From Acidobacteriota bacterium (GTDB lineage Bacteria; Acidobacteriota; UBA6911; RPQK01; JAJDTT01), in the NCBI GenBank assembly GCA_965263035.1, contig OZ253580.1, positions 5,696,001 to 5,760,000 on the forward strand: a stretch of 64,000 nucleotides of DNA. Direction: 5' to 3'. The position numbers and the translations under genes are program-made. The notes under the pieces were generated by a model. That model was not told where the DNA came from and ran no database searches. It saw nothing but the letters and a program-made list of their open reading frames with translations. Positions 1 through 9,603 of this stretch are shown here, piece by piece (position 1 is the first letter of the stretch; the number at the start of each line of letters is the position of its first letter).

Positions 1-1
1 G

Positions 2-1210
2 ACCGGCACCGACGTGAAGCCGCTCGAGTGCATCCTCTTCCTGCGTAACGTCAACTCGGCGGGCTACTTCGAGCAGATGAAGGGGCGCGGGGTGCGCGTC
101 ATCGACCGCGACGACCTGCAAAGCGTGACCCCGGACGCGCAGGACAAGACGCACTTCGTGATCGTCGACGCGGTCGGCGTGTGCGAGCGGGACAAGACGG
201 TGTCGCCGCCGCTGGAGCGCAAGCCCTCGGTCAGCACGAGGAAGCTGCTCCAGATGGCGGCGATGGGGATGGTGCACCCGGACCTGGTGTCGAGCCTGGC
301 CTCGCGTTTGGCGCGGCTGGGCCGGCAGGTGGACGGGAACCAAGCGGCCCGGATCGCGCAGGAATCGGGCGGAGAGAGTCTCGCGGAGCTGACCGGGCGG
401 CTGCTGGAGAGCATCGACCCGCAGGCGACGCACGAGGCGGCGGTGGAGAAGTGCGGGCTTGCCGATGACGACGAGCCGACGCCGGAACAACTGGACACCG
501 TCGAGCGCGAGCGCATGACCGAGGCGCTCAAGCCCTTCACCCGGCCGGGGCTTCGACGGGCGATCGTCGAGATCACGCATAGCCTCTACCAGATCATCGA
601 CGAAGCCACCATCGACGTGCTGCTCGACTTCGGGCACAGCGAGGCGGCGGTCGCGAGTGCGCGCTCCAAGCTGGACGACTTCCGGAGATTCCTCGAAGAG
701 AACAAGGAAGAGATCGAGGCGCTCCGCATTCTGTACAGCCGGCCCTACCGCACGGGACTCCGCTACGGTCACGTCAGGGAGCTTCGCGACGCGCTCGGGA
801 GTCCGCCCGTGGCGCTGCACAGGCCGGAGGACGGGCTTTGGCGGCTCTACGAGGCGCTCGAGCCGGAGCGGGTGAAGGGGCGGGGCGGGAGTGCGCTGGT
901 GGACCTGGTGGCGATCGTCAAGCACGTGCTCCGGCCCGAGGAGCCGCTCGTGCCCGTGGCCGACCAGGTGGAGGCGCGCTACAGGGCGTGGCTGGAGGAG
1001 AAGGCGCACGGCGGGCAGGAGTTCACGGTCGATCAGCGGCGGTGGCTGGATGCGATCAAGGACCACATCGCGTCTAGCCTCGCGATCGAGCGGGAGGACT
1101 TCGAGGACGTGCCGTTCAACCGGTGGGGCGGTCTGGGTGCCGTGTGCAAGGCGTTCGGCGAGGACCTAGACGCGGTGCTGGCCGAGCTGAATAAGAGGCT
1201 GGCGGCGTGA
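2..1210 (+). CDS. hsdR: Type I restriction enzyme R subunit, C-terminal part (5' end outside window)
   Basis: Helicase motifs TGTDVKPLE and EQMKGRG, EcoEI-type C-terminus (PFNRWGGLG); stop overlaps the hsdS start. Confidence 0.9.
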   Translation, partial: TGTDVKPLECILFLRNVNSAGYFEQMKGRGVRVIDRDDLQSVTPDAQDKTHFVIVDAVGVCERDKTVSPPLERKPSVSTRKLLQMAAMGMVHPDLVSSLASRLARLGRQVDGNQAARIAQESGGESLAELTGRLLESIDPQATHEAAVEKCGLADDDEPTPEQLDTVERERMTEALKPFTRPGLRRAIVEITHSLYQIIDEATIDVLLDFGHSEAAVASARSKLDDFRRFLEENKEEIEALRILYSRPYRTGLRYGHVRELRDALGSPPVALHRPEDGLWRLYEALEPERVKGRGGSALVDLVAIVKHVLRPEEPLVPVADQVEARYRAWLEEKAHGGQEFTVDQRRWLDAIKDHIASSLAIEREDFEDVPFNRWGGLGAVCKAFGEDLDAVLAELNKRLAA

Positions 1211-2691
1211 GGGAGCTGCCGGAGGGGTGGGTGGAGGTGAGGTTGGGAGAGGTGTGGAGGCGAGGACGAAGATCGTCCGTTGTGCCCGCAAACGAGCCAC
1301 ATCGGGTTTTCGAATTGTACAGCGTACCATCCTTCCACATCGGGGTACCTGATCGCCCCTTCGGCTCCGAGATCGGCTCATCCAAGCAGCAGGTCACGCC
1401 CGGTTCAGTGCTTATGTGCCGGATTAATCCGCGGATCAATCGCGTCTGGATGGTCGGAGATGCCGGAAGGGATCCGCAGATCGCTTCAACCGAGTGGATC
1501 TCCCTTCCACGGGTGCCCGGCATTGCGCCGCATTTCGCCATGTATGCACTTCAGACGCCAGATGTGCGGCAACACTTGACATCGAACATCTCAGGCGTGG
1601 GTGGCTCTCTCATGCGGGTCCGCATGGATCCCCTGTGGCGCACCCGCATCCCCCTCGCCCCGCTCCCCGAGCAGCACCGCATCGTCGCGAAGATCGAGTC
1701 GCTGTTCGCGAAACTCGACGAGGGCGTGGCCGCGCTCCAGCGGGCGCAGGCCAACCTGGAGCGCTACCGCGCCTCCGTCCTCAAGGCAGCAGTCGATGGA
1801 AGGCTGACCGAACAGTGGCACAGGGAGAATCCGTCCGATGAAACCGGCGCAGAACTGCTTCGGCGCATTCTGGCCGAGCGCCGGAAACGCTGGGAAGAGG
1901 AACAGCTCGCCAATTTCGAGGCGAAGGGAAGGAAGCCGCCCCGGAACTGGAAGGCGAAGTACAAGGAGCCTGTGGAACCGGACACCAGAAATCTGCGGGA
2001 GCTACCCGACGGATGGTGTTGGGCCACGGTTGATCAACTCGGCCGGGTAATTGGGGGGCTGACAAAGAACCCGGCCAGGCGGAATCTGTCACTCCGATTG
2101 CCCTATCTGCGTGTCGCGAACGTCTACGCTGACGAGATGAGATTGGACGACATAAGGACGATTGGCGTTACGAAGGCGGAACTCGACCGGGTTTCGCTAC
2201 TGCCCGGAGACTTATTGATAGTGGAGGGAAATGGGAGTGCAGATCAGATAGGGCGGGTTGCCCTGTGGGATGGCACCATAAAACCCTGTGTCCACCAAAA
2301 CCACCTCATCAAGGTCCGTTTTGGTCGATACATCCGTCCACGTTGGCCCCTCATGTGGCTGCTTTCACCGGCTGGTCGCTCCACCGTGCTGCACAGGGCT
2401 AGTTCGACATCGGGTCTGCATACGCTCAGTCTCTCGAAGGTCAGGTCACTCCCAATCCCGCTGCCACCGCGCTTGGAACAGGCGGAAGCGGAACGAGCCG
2501 CCAGCACCTTGCGGGACGCCACCCAGATCGTAGAAGATGGGCTCGGAGCCGGAACCATCCGCGCTGACGCCCTCCGCCAATCCATCCTCAAGCGCGCCTT
2601 CGAGGGCCGCTTGGTCCCCCAGGACCCCGCCGACGAGCCTGCGTCTGTTCTATTCGACCGAATCCGCGCCCAGCGGCGTGTGCGGAGCTGA
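1207..2691 (+). CDS. hsdS: Type I restriction-modification specificity subunit
   Basis: LPEGW/LPDGW starts of two TRDs, PLAPLPEQHRIV and PLPPRLEQ conserved regions, LRQSILKRAFEGRL end. Confidence 0.93.
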   Translation: MRELPEGWVEVRLGEVWRRGRRSSVVPANEPHRVFELYSVPSFHIGVPDRPFGSEIGSSKQQVTPGSVLMCRINPRINRVWMVGDAGRDPQIASTEWISLPRVPGIAPHFAMYALQTPDVRQHLTSNISGVGGSLMRVRMDPLWRTRIPLAPLPEQHRIVAKIESLFAKLDEGVAALQRAQANLERYRASVLKAAVDGRLTEQWHRENPSDETGAELLRRILAERRKRWEEEQLANFEAKGRKPPRNWKAKYKEPVEPDTRNLRELPDGWCWATVDQLGRVIGGLTKNPARRNLSLRLPYLRVANVYADEMRLDDIRTIGVTKAELDRVSLLPGDLLIVEGNGSADQIGRVALWDGTIKPCVHQNHLIKVRFGRYIRPRWPLMWLLSPAGRSTVLHRASSTSGLHTLSLSKVRSLPIPLPPRLEQAEAERAASTLRDATQIVEDGLGAGTIRADALRQSILKRAFEGRLVPQDPADEPASVLFDRIRAQRRVRS

Positions 2692-2919
2692 CGAGGCGCT
2701 CTCGATCTTCTGACTCATGCACGAGTCCCGTTCAGCTATGGAATCGCTCGTGGATCGGCGCTACTATTGCTCCTCGGTCTACCCTCTGCTCTTCGTCGGC
2801 CGTGCCGTTTGCGTCTCCAAGTGGCTGTAGGACGCCCCGGAGGCGGGACACCGTACGGCCTTCCCGATTCCTTCCGCGGCGAGAGAAACAATGAACAGCC
2901 TGCACATCTCAGGTATCCG

Positions 2920-3174
2920 ATGAGTCGCCACGGGCGGCTGGTGCGGACCATTCTCCGCAGGCGGTCGGATGCCAACATTCGGCTCGACGCACTGCGCGCC
3001 CTGATGCGGTATCTTGGATTCGAGGAGCGTGTGCGCGGCAGCCACCACATCTTCGACAAGGAAGGCATCGTGGAACTCGTCAATCTGCAAGGCCGTGGCG
3101 GACAGGCCAAGCCCTATCAAGTGAGGCAGGTTCGACGGCTGATCCTCAAATACAAGCTGGGAGCCGATGGCTAA
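2920..3174 (+). CDS. hicA: HicA family mRNA interferase toxin
   Basis: GSHHIF and AKPYQVRQV motifs; ATG at 2920; stop overlaps the hicB start. Confidence 0.88.
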   Translation: MSRHGRLVRTILRRRSDANIRLDALRALMRYLGFEERVRGSHHIFDKEGIVELVNLQGRGGQAKPYQVRQVRRLILKYKLGADG

Positions 3175-3386
3175 TGTACAAGTACGAGATCATTCTGTAC
3201 TGGAGCAACGAAGATCAAGCTTTCGTCGCCGAGGCGCCCGAGTTGCCCGGGTGCATGGCGCATGGAGACGATCAAGAGTCCGCGCTGGGGAACATCAAGG
3301 AAGCGATGCGATTCTGGATCGATAGGGCACGGGAGTTGGGACGACCCGTGCCGCAACCCAAGGGCGAGCGCCTGACGTTGGCGTAA
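3174..3386 (+). CDS. hicB: HicB family antitoxin
   Basis: YEIILYWS..FVAEAPELPGCMAHG..ALGNIKEA..WI..ARELGRPVPQPKG. Confidence 0.9.
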   Translation: MYKYEIILYWSNEDQAFVAEAPELPGCMAHGDDQESALGNIKEAMRFWIDRARELGRPVPQPKGERLTLA

Positions 3387-3558
3387 CCAGTCGGCTACTC
3401 CTGCGGCCACTCCATGAGCCTCGCGTTCGTCGCAAGATTCGCCTTTCGCTGCTAGCTCCTCGAAAACGGCCGCCCGAAGTCTGACAAAATCGATTTGAGC
3501 CCCGGCGAGCGGCGGCCGCGCTCGCGAATGCGATCAAGCTTCATGGAAAGTAGAGGAA

Positions 3559-3719
3559 GTGAGCACGTTTGGAGAAAACCTGATCCAGTCCCTGAACGAA
3601 ACCTTGTCCCATGGGAAGGGCGAGGGTCCCGCCATCGTTCACGCCCCGATTTTTCCCGCGCGAGGTTTCGGATGCAGGCGAAGCTGACTCAAGCTCAAAT
3701 GGCGGCCCTCATGGGGTAA
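3559..3719 (+). pseudogene. Degraded XRE/HigA-like HTH antitoxin fragment
   Basis: GTG at 3559 after a GAGG SD reads STFGENLIQSLNE..HGKGEGPAIVHAP, shifts frame to MQAKLTQAQMAALMG, then stops before the recognition helix. Confidence 0.6.
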
Positions 3720-3767
3720 AGCAGGGTCGCAAGATCGAGCCACCGCCGCTCTCTCAGGAGAAGCGAC

Positions 3768-4565
3768 ATGAAGATCCTCGTAATCGCGGGTCCGAACGGA
3801 GCCGGCAAGACGACGTTTGCACGGCGCTACCTGAAGCGCGAAGGGGATCGGCGCCGTTTCGTGAACGGTGACGACATCGCCGCAAAGCTGCGTCCAGACG
3901 ACCCCGCCGCCGTTGCGCAGAAGGCGGGGAGGTTGGCGTTGCGCGAGATGGAGGCCCACGTCGCGCGCGGCGAAGATTTCGCAACCGAGACCACGCTCAG
4001 TGGCAGAGCCTACGCCAAGAGGATCAGGCGGTGTCGGGCCGCCGGATATCGGGTCGCCATCATCTACCTTCGGGTGCTGAGCGCCGATCACTCCGTTGCG
4101 CGTGTCGCCCAACGCGTTCGCGAAGGAGGGCACCACATTCCGGAGCCCGTGATCCGCCGGCGCTTCGAGCGGAGCTGGAGGAACTTCCGCGACCTTTACC
4201 GGAAGGTTGTGGACGACTGGCGGGTGTACGACAATTCCGGCGAGGTTCCGGTTCTGCTGGAGGAGTCCGAGGAATGGAATGCAGTCCGCGAGCCGGGCAC
4301 GAAGTGGCGGCCATCAGGCCCCAGGCAACGAACCACAGATTCCGGGAGGCAACAAATGACAGAGCAGCCGTGGAGATTTCCGGAAGGGGAACCATCGAAC
4401 GAGAGCATTCTCGCCGCCCTTGTCCTCGCACGGAAGGACGCCATGCGCAGGGTAGCGGAATACGAAGCCAAGGAAGCGGCGAAGGCAGCGGCGGAAGCGG
4501 GGGGCGGCGACGGTGAAGCGCAGCTGACTCAACCCGTCGCAGAAGGCGAGCCCGTTGGCGGTTGA
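3768..4565 (+). CDS. Zeta-toxin-like P-loop ATPase with fused C-terminal extension
   Basis: IAGPNGAGKTT, FVNGDDIA, FATETTLSG, RVAQRVREGGHHIPE, YDNSG. Confidence 0.85.
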   Translation: MKILVIAGPNGAGKTTFARRYLKREGDRRRFVNGDDIAAKLRPDDPAAVAQKAGRLALREMEAHVARGEDFATETTLSGRAYAKRIRRCRAAGYRVAIIYLRVLSADHSVARVAQRVREGGHHIPEPVIRRRFERSWRNFRDLYRKVVDDWRVYDNSGEVPVLLEESEEWNAVREPGTKWRPSGPRQRTTDSGRQQMTEQPWRFPEGEPSNESILAALVLARKDAMRRVAEYEAKEAAKAAAEAGGGDGEAQLTQPVAEGEPVGG

Positions 4566-6058
4566 CCACTCCCGCCAAGTCGTCAACAAGGCGTGGAGCT
4601 TCGCGCACCTGCTTCGCGACGACGGCCTTTCCTACATGGCCTACACGGAGCAGATCACGTTCCTGCTGTTCCTGAAGATGGCCCATCAGCGGACCCAACC
4701 GCCTTGGAATCGCCCCCCATCGTGCCTGCCGGATTCGACTGGCCGAGCCTGCTCGCCCGCGACGGCGAGGAGTTGGATGCCCACTACCGGCGCATCCTGA
4801 CGGAGCTTCCCAGACAGGGAGGGATGCTGGGGGAGATCTTCAAGAAGGCCCGTCAGGAGATCCAGAATCCGGCCACGCTGAAGCGCCTGATCGTCGACCT
4901 GATCGACCCCGAGGACTGGATGTCGATGCGCGCGGACGTGAAGGGGGACATCTACGAGGGCCTGCTGGCCAAGTCGACCCAGGAGTCGCCGAAGGGCGCG
5001 GGCCAGTACTTCACGCCCCGCGAACTGATCAAGGCCATCGTGGACTGCGTGCGGCCGGGTCCCGACGACACGGTCTGCGACCCCGCCTGCGGGACCGGCG
5101 GATTCCTCCTGGCCGCCCATGACTACGTGTCCGAGAGCACGGCAGCAGCTTGGATCCCGACCGGAAGTGCCATCTACGGCAGGACTTCGTGCGGGGTTGG
5201 GAGATCGTGCCCGCGACCGCCCGACTCTGCATCATGAACCTCTACCTGCACGGGATCGGCCCGGACGAGTCCCCGATCCGGTCGGGAGTCGACAGCCTGG
5301 CCAACGATCCCGGCGAGCGCTTCTCGATGGTGCTCACCAACCCCCCGTTCGGCAAGAAGAGCAGCGTCCGAATCGTGAACGAGGAGGGCAAACTGGAGGC
5401 GGAGTCCCACGCCTACGAGCGGCAGGACTTCTGGACCGGCACCAAGAACAAGCAACTGAACTTCCTCCAGCACGTGAAGACGCTGCTCAGGATGCACGGC
5501 GCCTGCGCCATTGTCGTGCCGGACAACGTCCTGTTCGAGGGTGGCGCAGGCGAGACCGTGAGGCGCAACCTGCTCCAAGCATTCGACGTGCACACCCTCC
5601 TCCGCCTCCCGACCGGGATCTTCTACGCCCAGGGCGTGAAGGCGAACGTCCTGTTCTTCGACGCCAGGCCCGCGCGCGAGAAGCCCTGGACGGAGCGGCT
5701 CTGGGTCTACGACCTACGCACGAACAGGCACTTCACGCTCAAGATGAAGCCGCTCCGGCGAGCGGATCTTGACGACTTCGTGGCCTGCTACCGGCCGGGC
5801 GAGCGCCACTTGAGAGAGCCGACGTGGAGCCCGGACAACGAGGGCGGCCGCTGGAGGGCGTTCGAGTACGACGAACTGGCCAAGCGGGACAAGCTGAACC
5901 TGGATCTCCTGTGGATCAGGGACAGGGCTCTGGAGGACAGTGAGAATCTCCCGGAGCCGGAAGTGCTGGCTGCCGAGATCGTGGAAGACCTACACGCCGC
6001 CTTGGAGGCGTTCCAAGGAATCGCCCAGGAACTGGAGTCGTCGGGAAATGCTGCATAG
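4555..6058 (+). pseudogene. hsdM: Type I R-M methyltransferase subunit with two single-base frameshifts (or sequencing errors)
   Basis: Three consecutive frames give LRDDGLSY..EQITFLLFLKM / GQYFTPR, DPACGTGGFL / NPPFG, LRLPTGIFY; shifts near 4713-4718 (C6) and near 5131. Confidence 0.88.
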
Positions 6059-6122
6059 CTGAGCCTCGCCAGTCGCCGATTCGGGGCCGGTGGCGAAGAG
6101 GGGGACAAGGATGTCCCCGCTC

Positions 6123-6752
6123 GTGCGCCCGACATGGGCTGTATCTAAGGGATGAAAGATCCCAAGGGAGGTGATGGGACCAACCCTAGCCGAACCGCAA
6201 GGCGTAGCCGCGAGGTGAAGCTGAAGGAAGCGGAAGGCAAACCCACGACCGCAGGAACACGAACCGGCAGTGAGGCCGGGTGCGGGCGGTGAGCTGGCGA
6301 GCAACAGCGAAACCCGAACCCCATCCAGACGCATCAGGTAGAGCCGGGCGGCCCGGGGGGAAAGATGCAGCACCTTACTCGGGGAGATCTCAAGGGTGAG
6401 AGCCTTTGAGAAGTCAGCAGAGGTCATAGTAGCGAAGAAGCCGGATAATGCCGGTGGAGCGAAGGACCGAAGGAGTCGGACTGGCCCTATGGTGGACTCG
6501 TCAGCGGGATCGCAACTACCTCCGAAAACGGGGCGGGGGGAGGCCCCTCGGACCCGGCATGGAAGGCCCACGGGTGGAGCCCGGCAAGCCGGAAGGGCGG
6601 AGATCAAGTCTCAGCGGCGGCGGAAACCGGAAAGAAAGGCCCTGTACGAGGCTCGAAAGAGCCTCGGGTGACTCCAACCGCCGGATACTGAAAACGGTAC
6701 GTCCGGTGGTGTGGGAGGGTGCGGGGGCGCAATCCCCTGCACTCGACCCGAT
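6123..6752 (+). mobile_element. Group II intron, class IIC, lacking a reverse transcriptase ORF
   Basis: 5' GTGCG at 6123; conserved CTTACTCGGGGAGATCT and GAAGTCAGCAGAGGTCATAGTA segments; short domain V ACCGCCGGATAC..GTACGTCCGGTGGT (6677-6710, CGC triad); domain VI hairpin ending CGAT at 6752; stem-loop directly upstream. Confidence 0.9.
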
Positions 6753-6821
6753 CCAGGACGCGGCCATGTTTTTCTTGGAAGTGAGGTTCCGATTGAAGAT
6801 GGAAGTCCTGCCCGTCCCGAA

Positions 6822-7778
6822 TCAGCGGCGCCCGTCCAGGCTCCCGTTCCAGGGTGGAACCACCACCGTCACGTCGCCGTAGCACTTGGATTGGCACGCC
6901 AGCCGGATGACGGGATGGGTCTCGTCGTGGGAAGAGGAGTCGAGGTACCCGAAGTAATTCAGGCGCCGGCGCTCGTGTTCGCTCAGCTCGACGACGTTCT
7001 CCCGGCCGCTCAGGATGCCGATCCAGCAGTACCCGCACGAGGCCACCCGGCATTCGACGGGGATCGGTCCGGCGATGCACCGGTGGTCCCGGGTCTGATA
7101 GTCCCGTTCATCCCCGGCGGAGGCGGAGGACAGGTCCTGTCCTTCGATGCAGGAGAACGTCGCGTCCCGCTTGGATTCGTCGAAGCGGACCGTGAACTTT
7201 CGGTTGACGGTCCGGAGAAAGCCGAAGAGCCCTTGACTGGTCTTGCGAGATCGGTGTTTGAGGATCTTCTCGGGCATGGGCCGCTTGGAACGCGGCGTTC
7301 CGGACCCGGAACCGCTCCGGAAGGGTTGCGCTCCCACCTGCTGGAACGCCATTAATGCCACCGCCGAGATCCCCAGCAGGAGGGATTTCCGCACCTTGAG
7401 GTGGGCCGCTACGCCGCCCGCCAACCTGCGGATCTCGCTCCCGAGGCTCTCCAGGTCCAGGTGGGAAGCCGATTCGCTCCGCTGGAGCAGAGCCTCCTTC
7501 ACCCGGTTCCAATAGATCGATCCGTACAGGAATTCGACGGACTCGTCCAACTGTTGCTCCAGCCGGTAGCGGCCGTCCAGGAGATACTCCCGTGCCGTCA
7601 CCGCCTCGTCGATGGATTCATGAAGGAGCCGGCGGAGTTTCAGAGGCCAGAAGCCGAACCAGATTCGGGTCCCCTCCCGGTCCACGGGATGAAGCGAGGG
7701 CTCCAGGTCCGCCAGCACTCTGTCCCATGCCGGTTCGTCGTGCCGGTTCAAGAAATCTCGGAAAGCATCCATGTCCAT
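6822..7778 (-). CDS. 2Fe-2S ferredoxin-domain protein with uncharacterised N-terminal domain
   Basis: C-terminal ECRVASCGYC...RLACQ cluster motif. Confidence 0.8.
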   Translation of the reverse strand: MDMDAFRDFLNRHDEPAWDRVLADLEPSLHPVDREGTRIWFGFWPLKLRRLLHESIDEAVTAREYLLDGRYRLEQQLDESVEFLYGSIYWNRVKEALLQRSESASHLDLESLGSEIRRLAGGVAAHLKVRKSLLLGISAVALMAFQQVGAQPFRSGSGSGTPRSKRPMPEKILKHRSRKTSQGLFGFLRTVNRKFTVRFDESKRDATFSCIEGQDLSSASAGDERDYQTRDHRCIAGPIPVECRVASCGYCWIGILSGRENVVELSEHERRRLNYFGYLDSSSHDETHPVIRLACQSKCYGDVTVVVPPWNGSLDGRR

Positions 7779-8058
7779 GACTCGCTGTGGGCTTATTTCT
7801 TCAGAACAAACGTCAGGTGGGCCAACGCCCCGGAATCGTTTCCGTCAGGCCGTCAGTGGTGAGGTTCGTGTCCAACCACGTCTATATCCAACTTCCATGA
7901 TTCATTTTGCGGGCGCCATGATATCGCAGTTCCGGCGTTGAAGTAGTCCCTCGACGTAATGAGGCCCGCCGCAAGGGACCACGGAACCGATTCGTGACGA
8001 CTTGGCCTGCACGCGGGTTTTCGGTAGAGTTCCGACTTCTCCTGGAGAAATTTACCCG

Positions 8059-9603
8059 ATGCTGCACTATTTGAGATGGCCCGATTTTCTGGTCATCTGC
8101 CTGAATCTGGGGGCCATGGTCGCCATCGGGATCTACACCTCCCGCCGAAGCAAGTCATCGGAGGCCTACTTCCTGGCCGGCCGCAACATGCCCGGTTGGG
8201 TGGTGGGGATCTCACTGATGTCCACCATCATCAGCTCCATGACCTTCCTGGCCATGCCCGGCTTCGCCTTCCAGCAGGACTGGCGTTACATCCCCGGCCA
8301 CATGACCTATCTCATCGCCAATCTGGCGGCGCTTTTCCTGTTCATGCCCTTCTTTCGAGCCGGCCGGTTCCCCTCGGCCTACGCCTATCTGGAACGCCGC
8401 TTCGGGACCTGGGCCCGGCTCTACGCCGGCGCCGGCTTCATCCTCTTCCAGGTGTTTCGGCTGGGCGTCATCCTCTACGCCGTCTCCCTGGCCATCGAGA
8501 CCCTCAGCGGTTTTCCGATGCCCCTCATCATCGTGGTCTTCGGCGTCCTGGTGGCTTTTTACACCACAGCCGGGGGACTTGAGGCGGTGATCTGGACCGA
8601 TGTGCTCCAAGGGGTGGCCCTGGTGGGAGGAGGGCTCCTGTGCGTGCCGGTGGTGGCCACGCTTCTCCCCGGAGGGTTGGAACAGATCCTGACCGAGGCG
8701 TACTCGGCCGGGAAGTTCTCCGTCGGAAGCACCCATTTTTCCTGGAACGAGAAGACGCTCTGGGTCACGACGCTGTTGTACTTCTTCCTCTTCCTCCAGA
8801 TCATGAGCACCGACCAGATGACGGTCCAACGTTACTCCGCCATGAAGACGGACCGGGAAGCCCGAAAAGGCGTCATCCTGGGCGCCTTCTCCGCGGTTTC
8901 GGTCTGGCTCTATTTCACCTTCGTGGGGACCGCCCTCTACGTCTTCTACAATCATTTCCCGACTCCGGAGTTGTCCGGTCTGGCGCCCGAGCAGGTCTTC
9001 CCCTTCTTCATCCTTACGCAGATGCCCGCCGGACTGGCCGGGTTGATCGTCTCGGGTCTTCTGGCGGCTGCCATGTCCACGCTCGACTCCAGCATCAACG
9101 CCTCCGCCGCCACCGTGACCACCGACTTTTACCGGCGGCTGTTCGCGCCGGACCGGGAGGAGGTGCACTACGTCAGGGTCGGACGCTGGCTCTCGGTGGC
9201 CTTCGGGGCGGTCATGATCGGGGCGGCGCTGACCATCTACCTCACCCGGACCGAGACCCTCATGGACCTCCAGAGCCTCCTCATGTCCATTCTCAGTGGA
9301 GGCCTGCTGGGGCTCTTCCTGCTGGGGTTCCTCACCCGGCGAGTGGACAGCCGATCGGCCGCCGCGGCCACCGTCTGCGTCGTGGCCGGCGTCTGCCTCT
9401 GGGTCTTCGTGGGCAGTGAGACGGGCGCGCGTCTGTGGCCGGCGGTGGCACGCGTCTTTCCGGACCGGTTCTGGATCATCGTGCTGGCCAATGTGGCCCT
9501 GCTGGGACTGGGATACCTGGTCAGTTGGCTTCCGAGGAAGGGTCCGGCCCGGGATCTGACGAACCTGACGATTTGGACGCAGAAACAGCGACCGCCGGGC
9601 TAG
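8059..9603 (+). CDS. Sodium:solute symporter family transporter
   Basis: YFLAGRNMP, YLERRFG, GGLEAVIWTD, AAAMSTLDSSIN; many TM helices. Confidence 0.93.
   Translation: MLHYLRWPDFLVICLNLGAMVAIGIYTSRRSKSSEAYFLAGRNMPGWVVGISLMSTIISSMTFLAMPGFAFQQDWRYIPGHMTYLIANLAALFLFMPFFRAGRFPSAYAYLERRFGTWARLYAGAGFILFQVFRLGVILYAVSLAIETLSGFPMPLIIVVFGVLVAFYTTAGGLEAVIWTDVLQGVALVGGGLLCVPVVATLLPGGLEQILTEAYSAGKFSVGSTHFSWNEKTLWVTTLLYFFLFLQIMSTDQMTVQRYSAMKTDREARKGVILGAFSAVSVWLYFTFVGTALYVFYNHFPTPELSGLAPEQVFPFFILTQMPAGLAGLIVSGLLAAAMSTLDSSINASAATVTTDFYRRLFAPDREEVHYVRVGRWLSVAFGAVMIGAALTIYLTRTETLMDLQSLLMSILSGGLLGLFLLGFLTRRVDSRSAAAATVCVVAGVCLWVFVGSETGARLWPAVARVFPDRFWIIVLANVALLGLGYLVSWLPRKGPARDLTNLTIWTQKQRPPG

Noticed and set aside
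7793-7980. Possible selenocysteine read-through ORF on the minus strand (TGA at 7853-7855)
   Set aside because: There is no redox motif, clear start or convincing SECIS hairpin.
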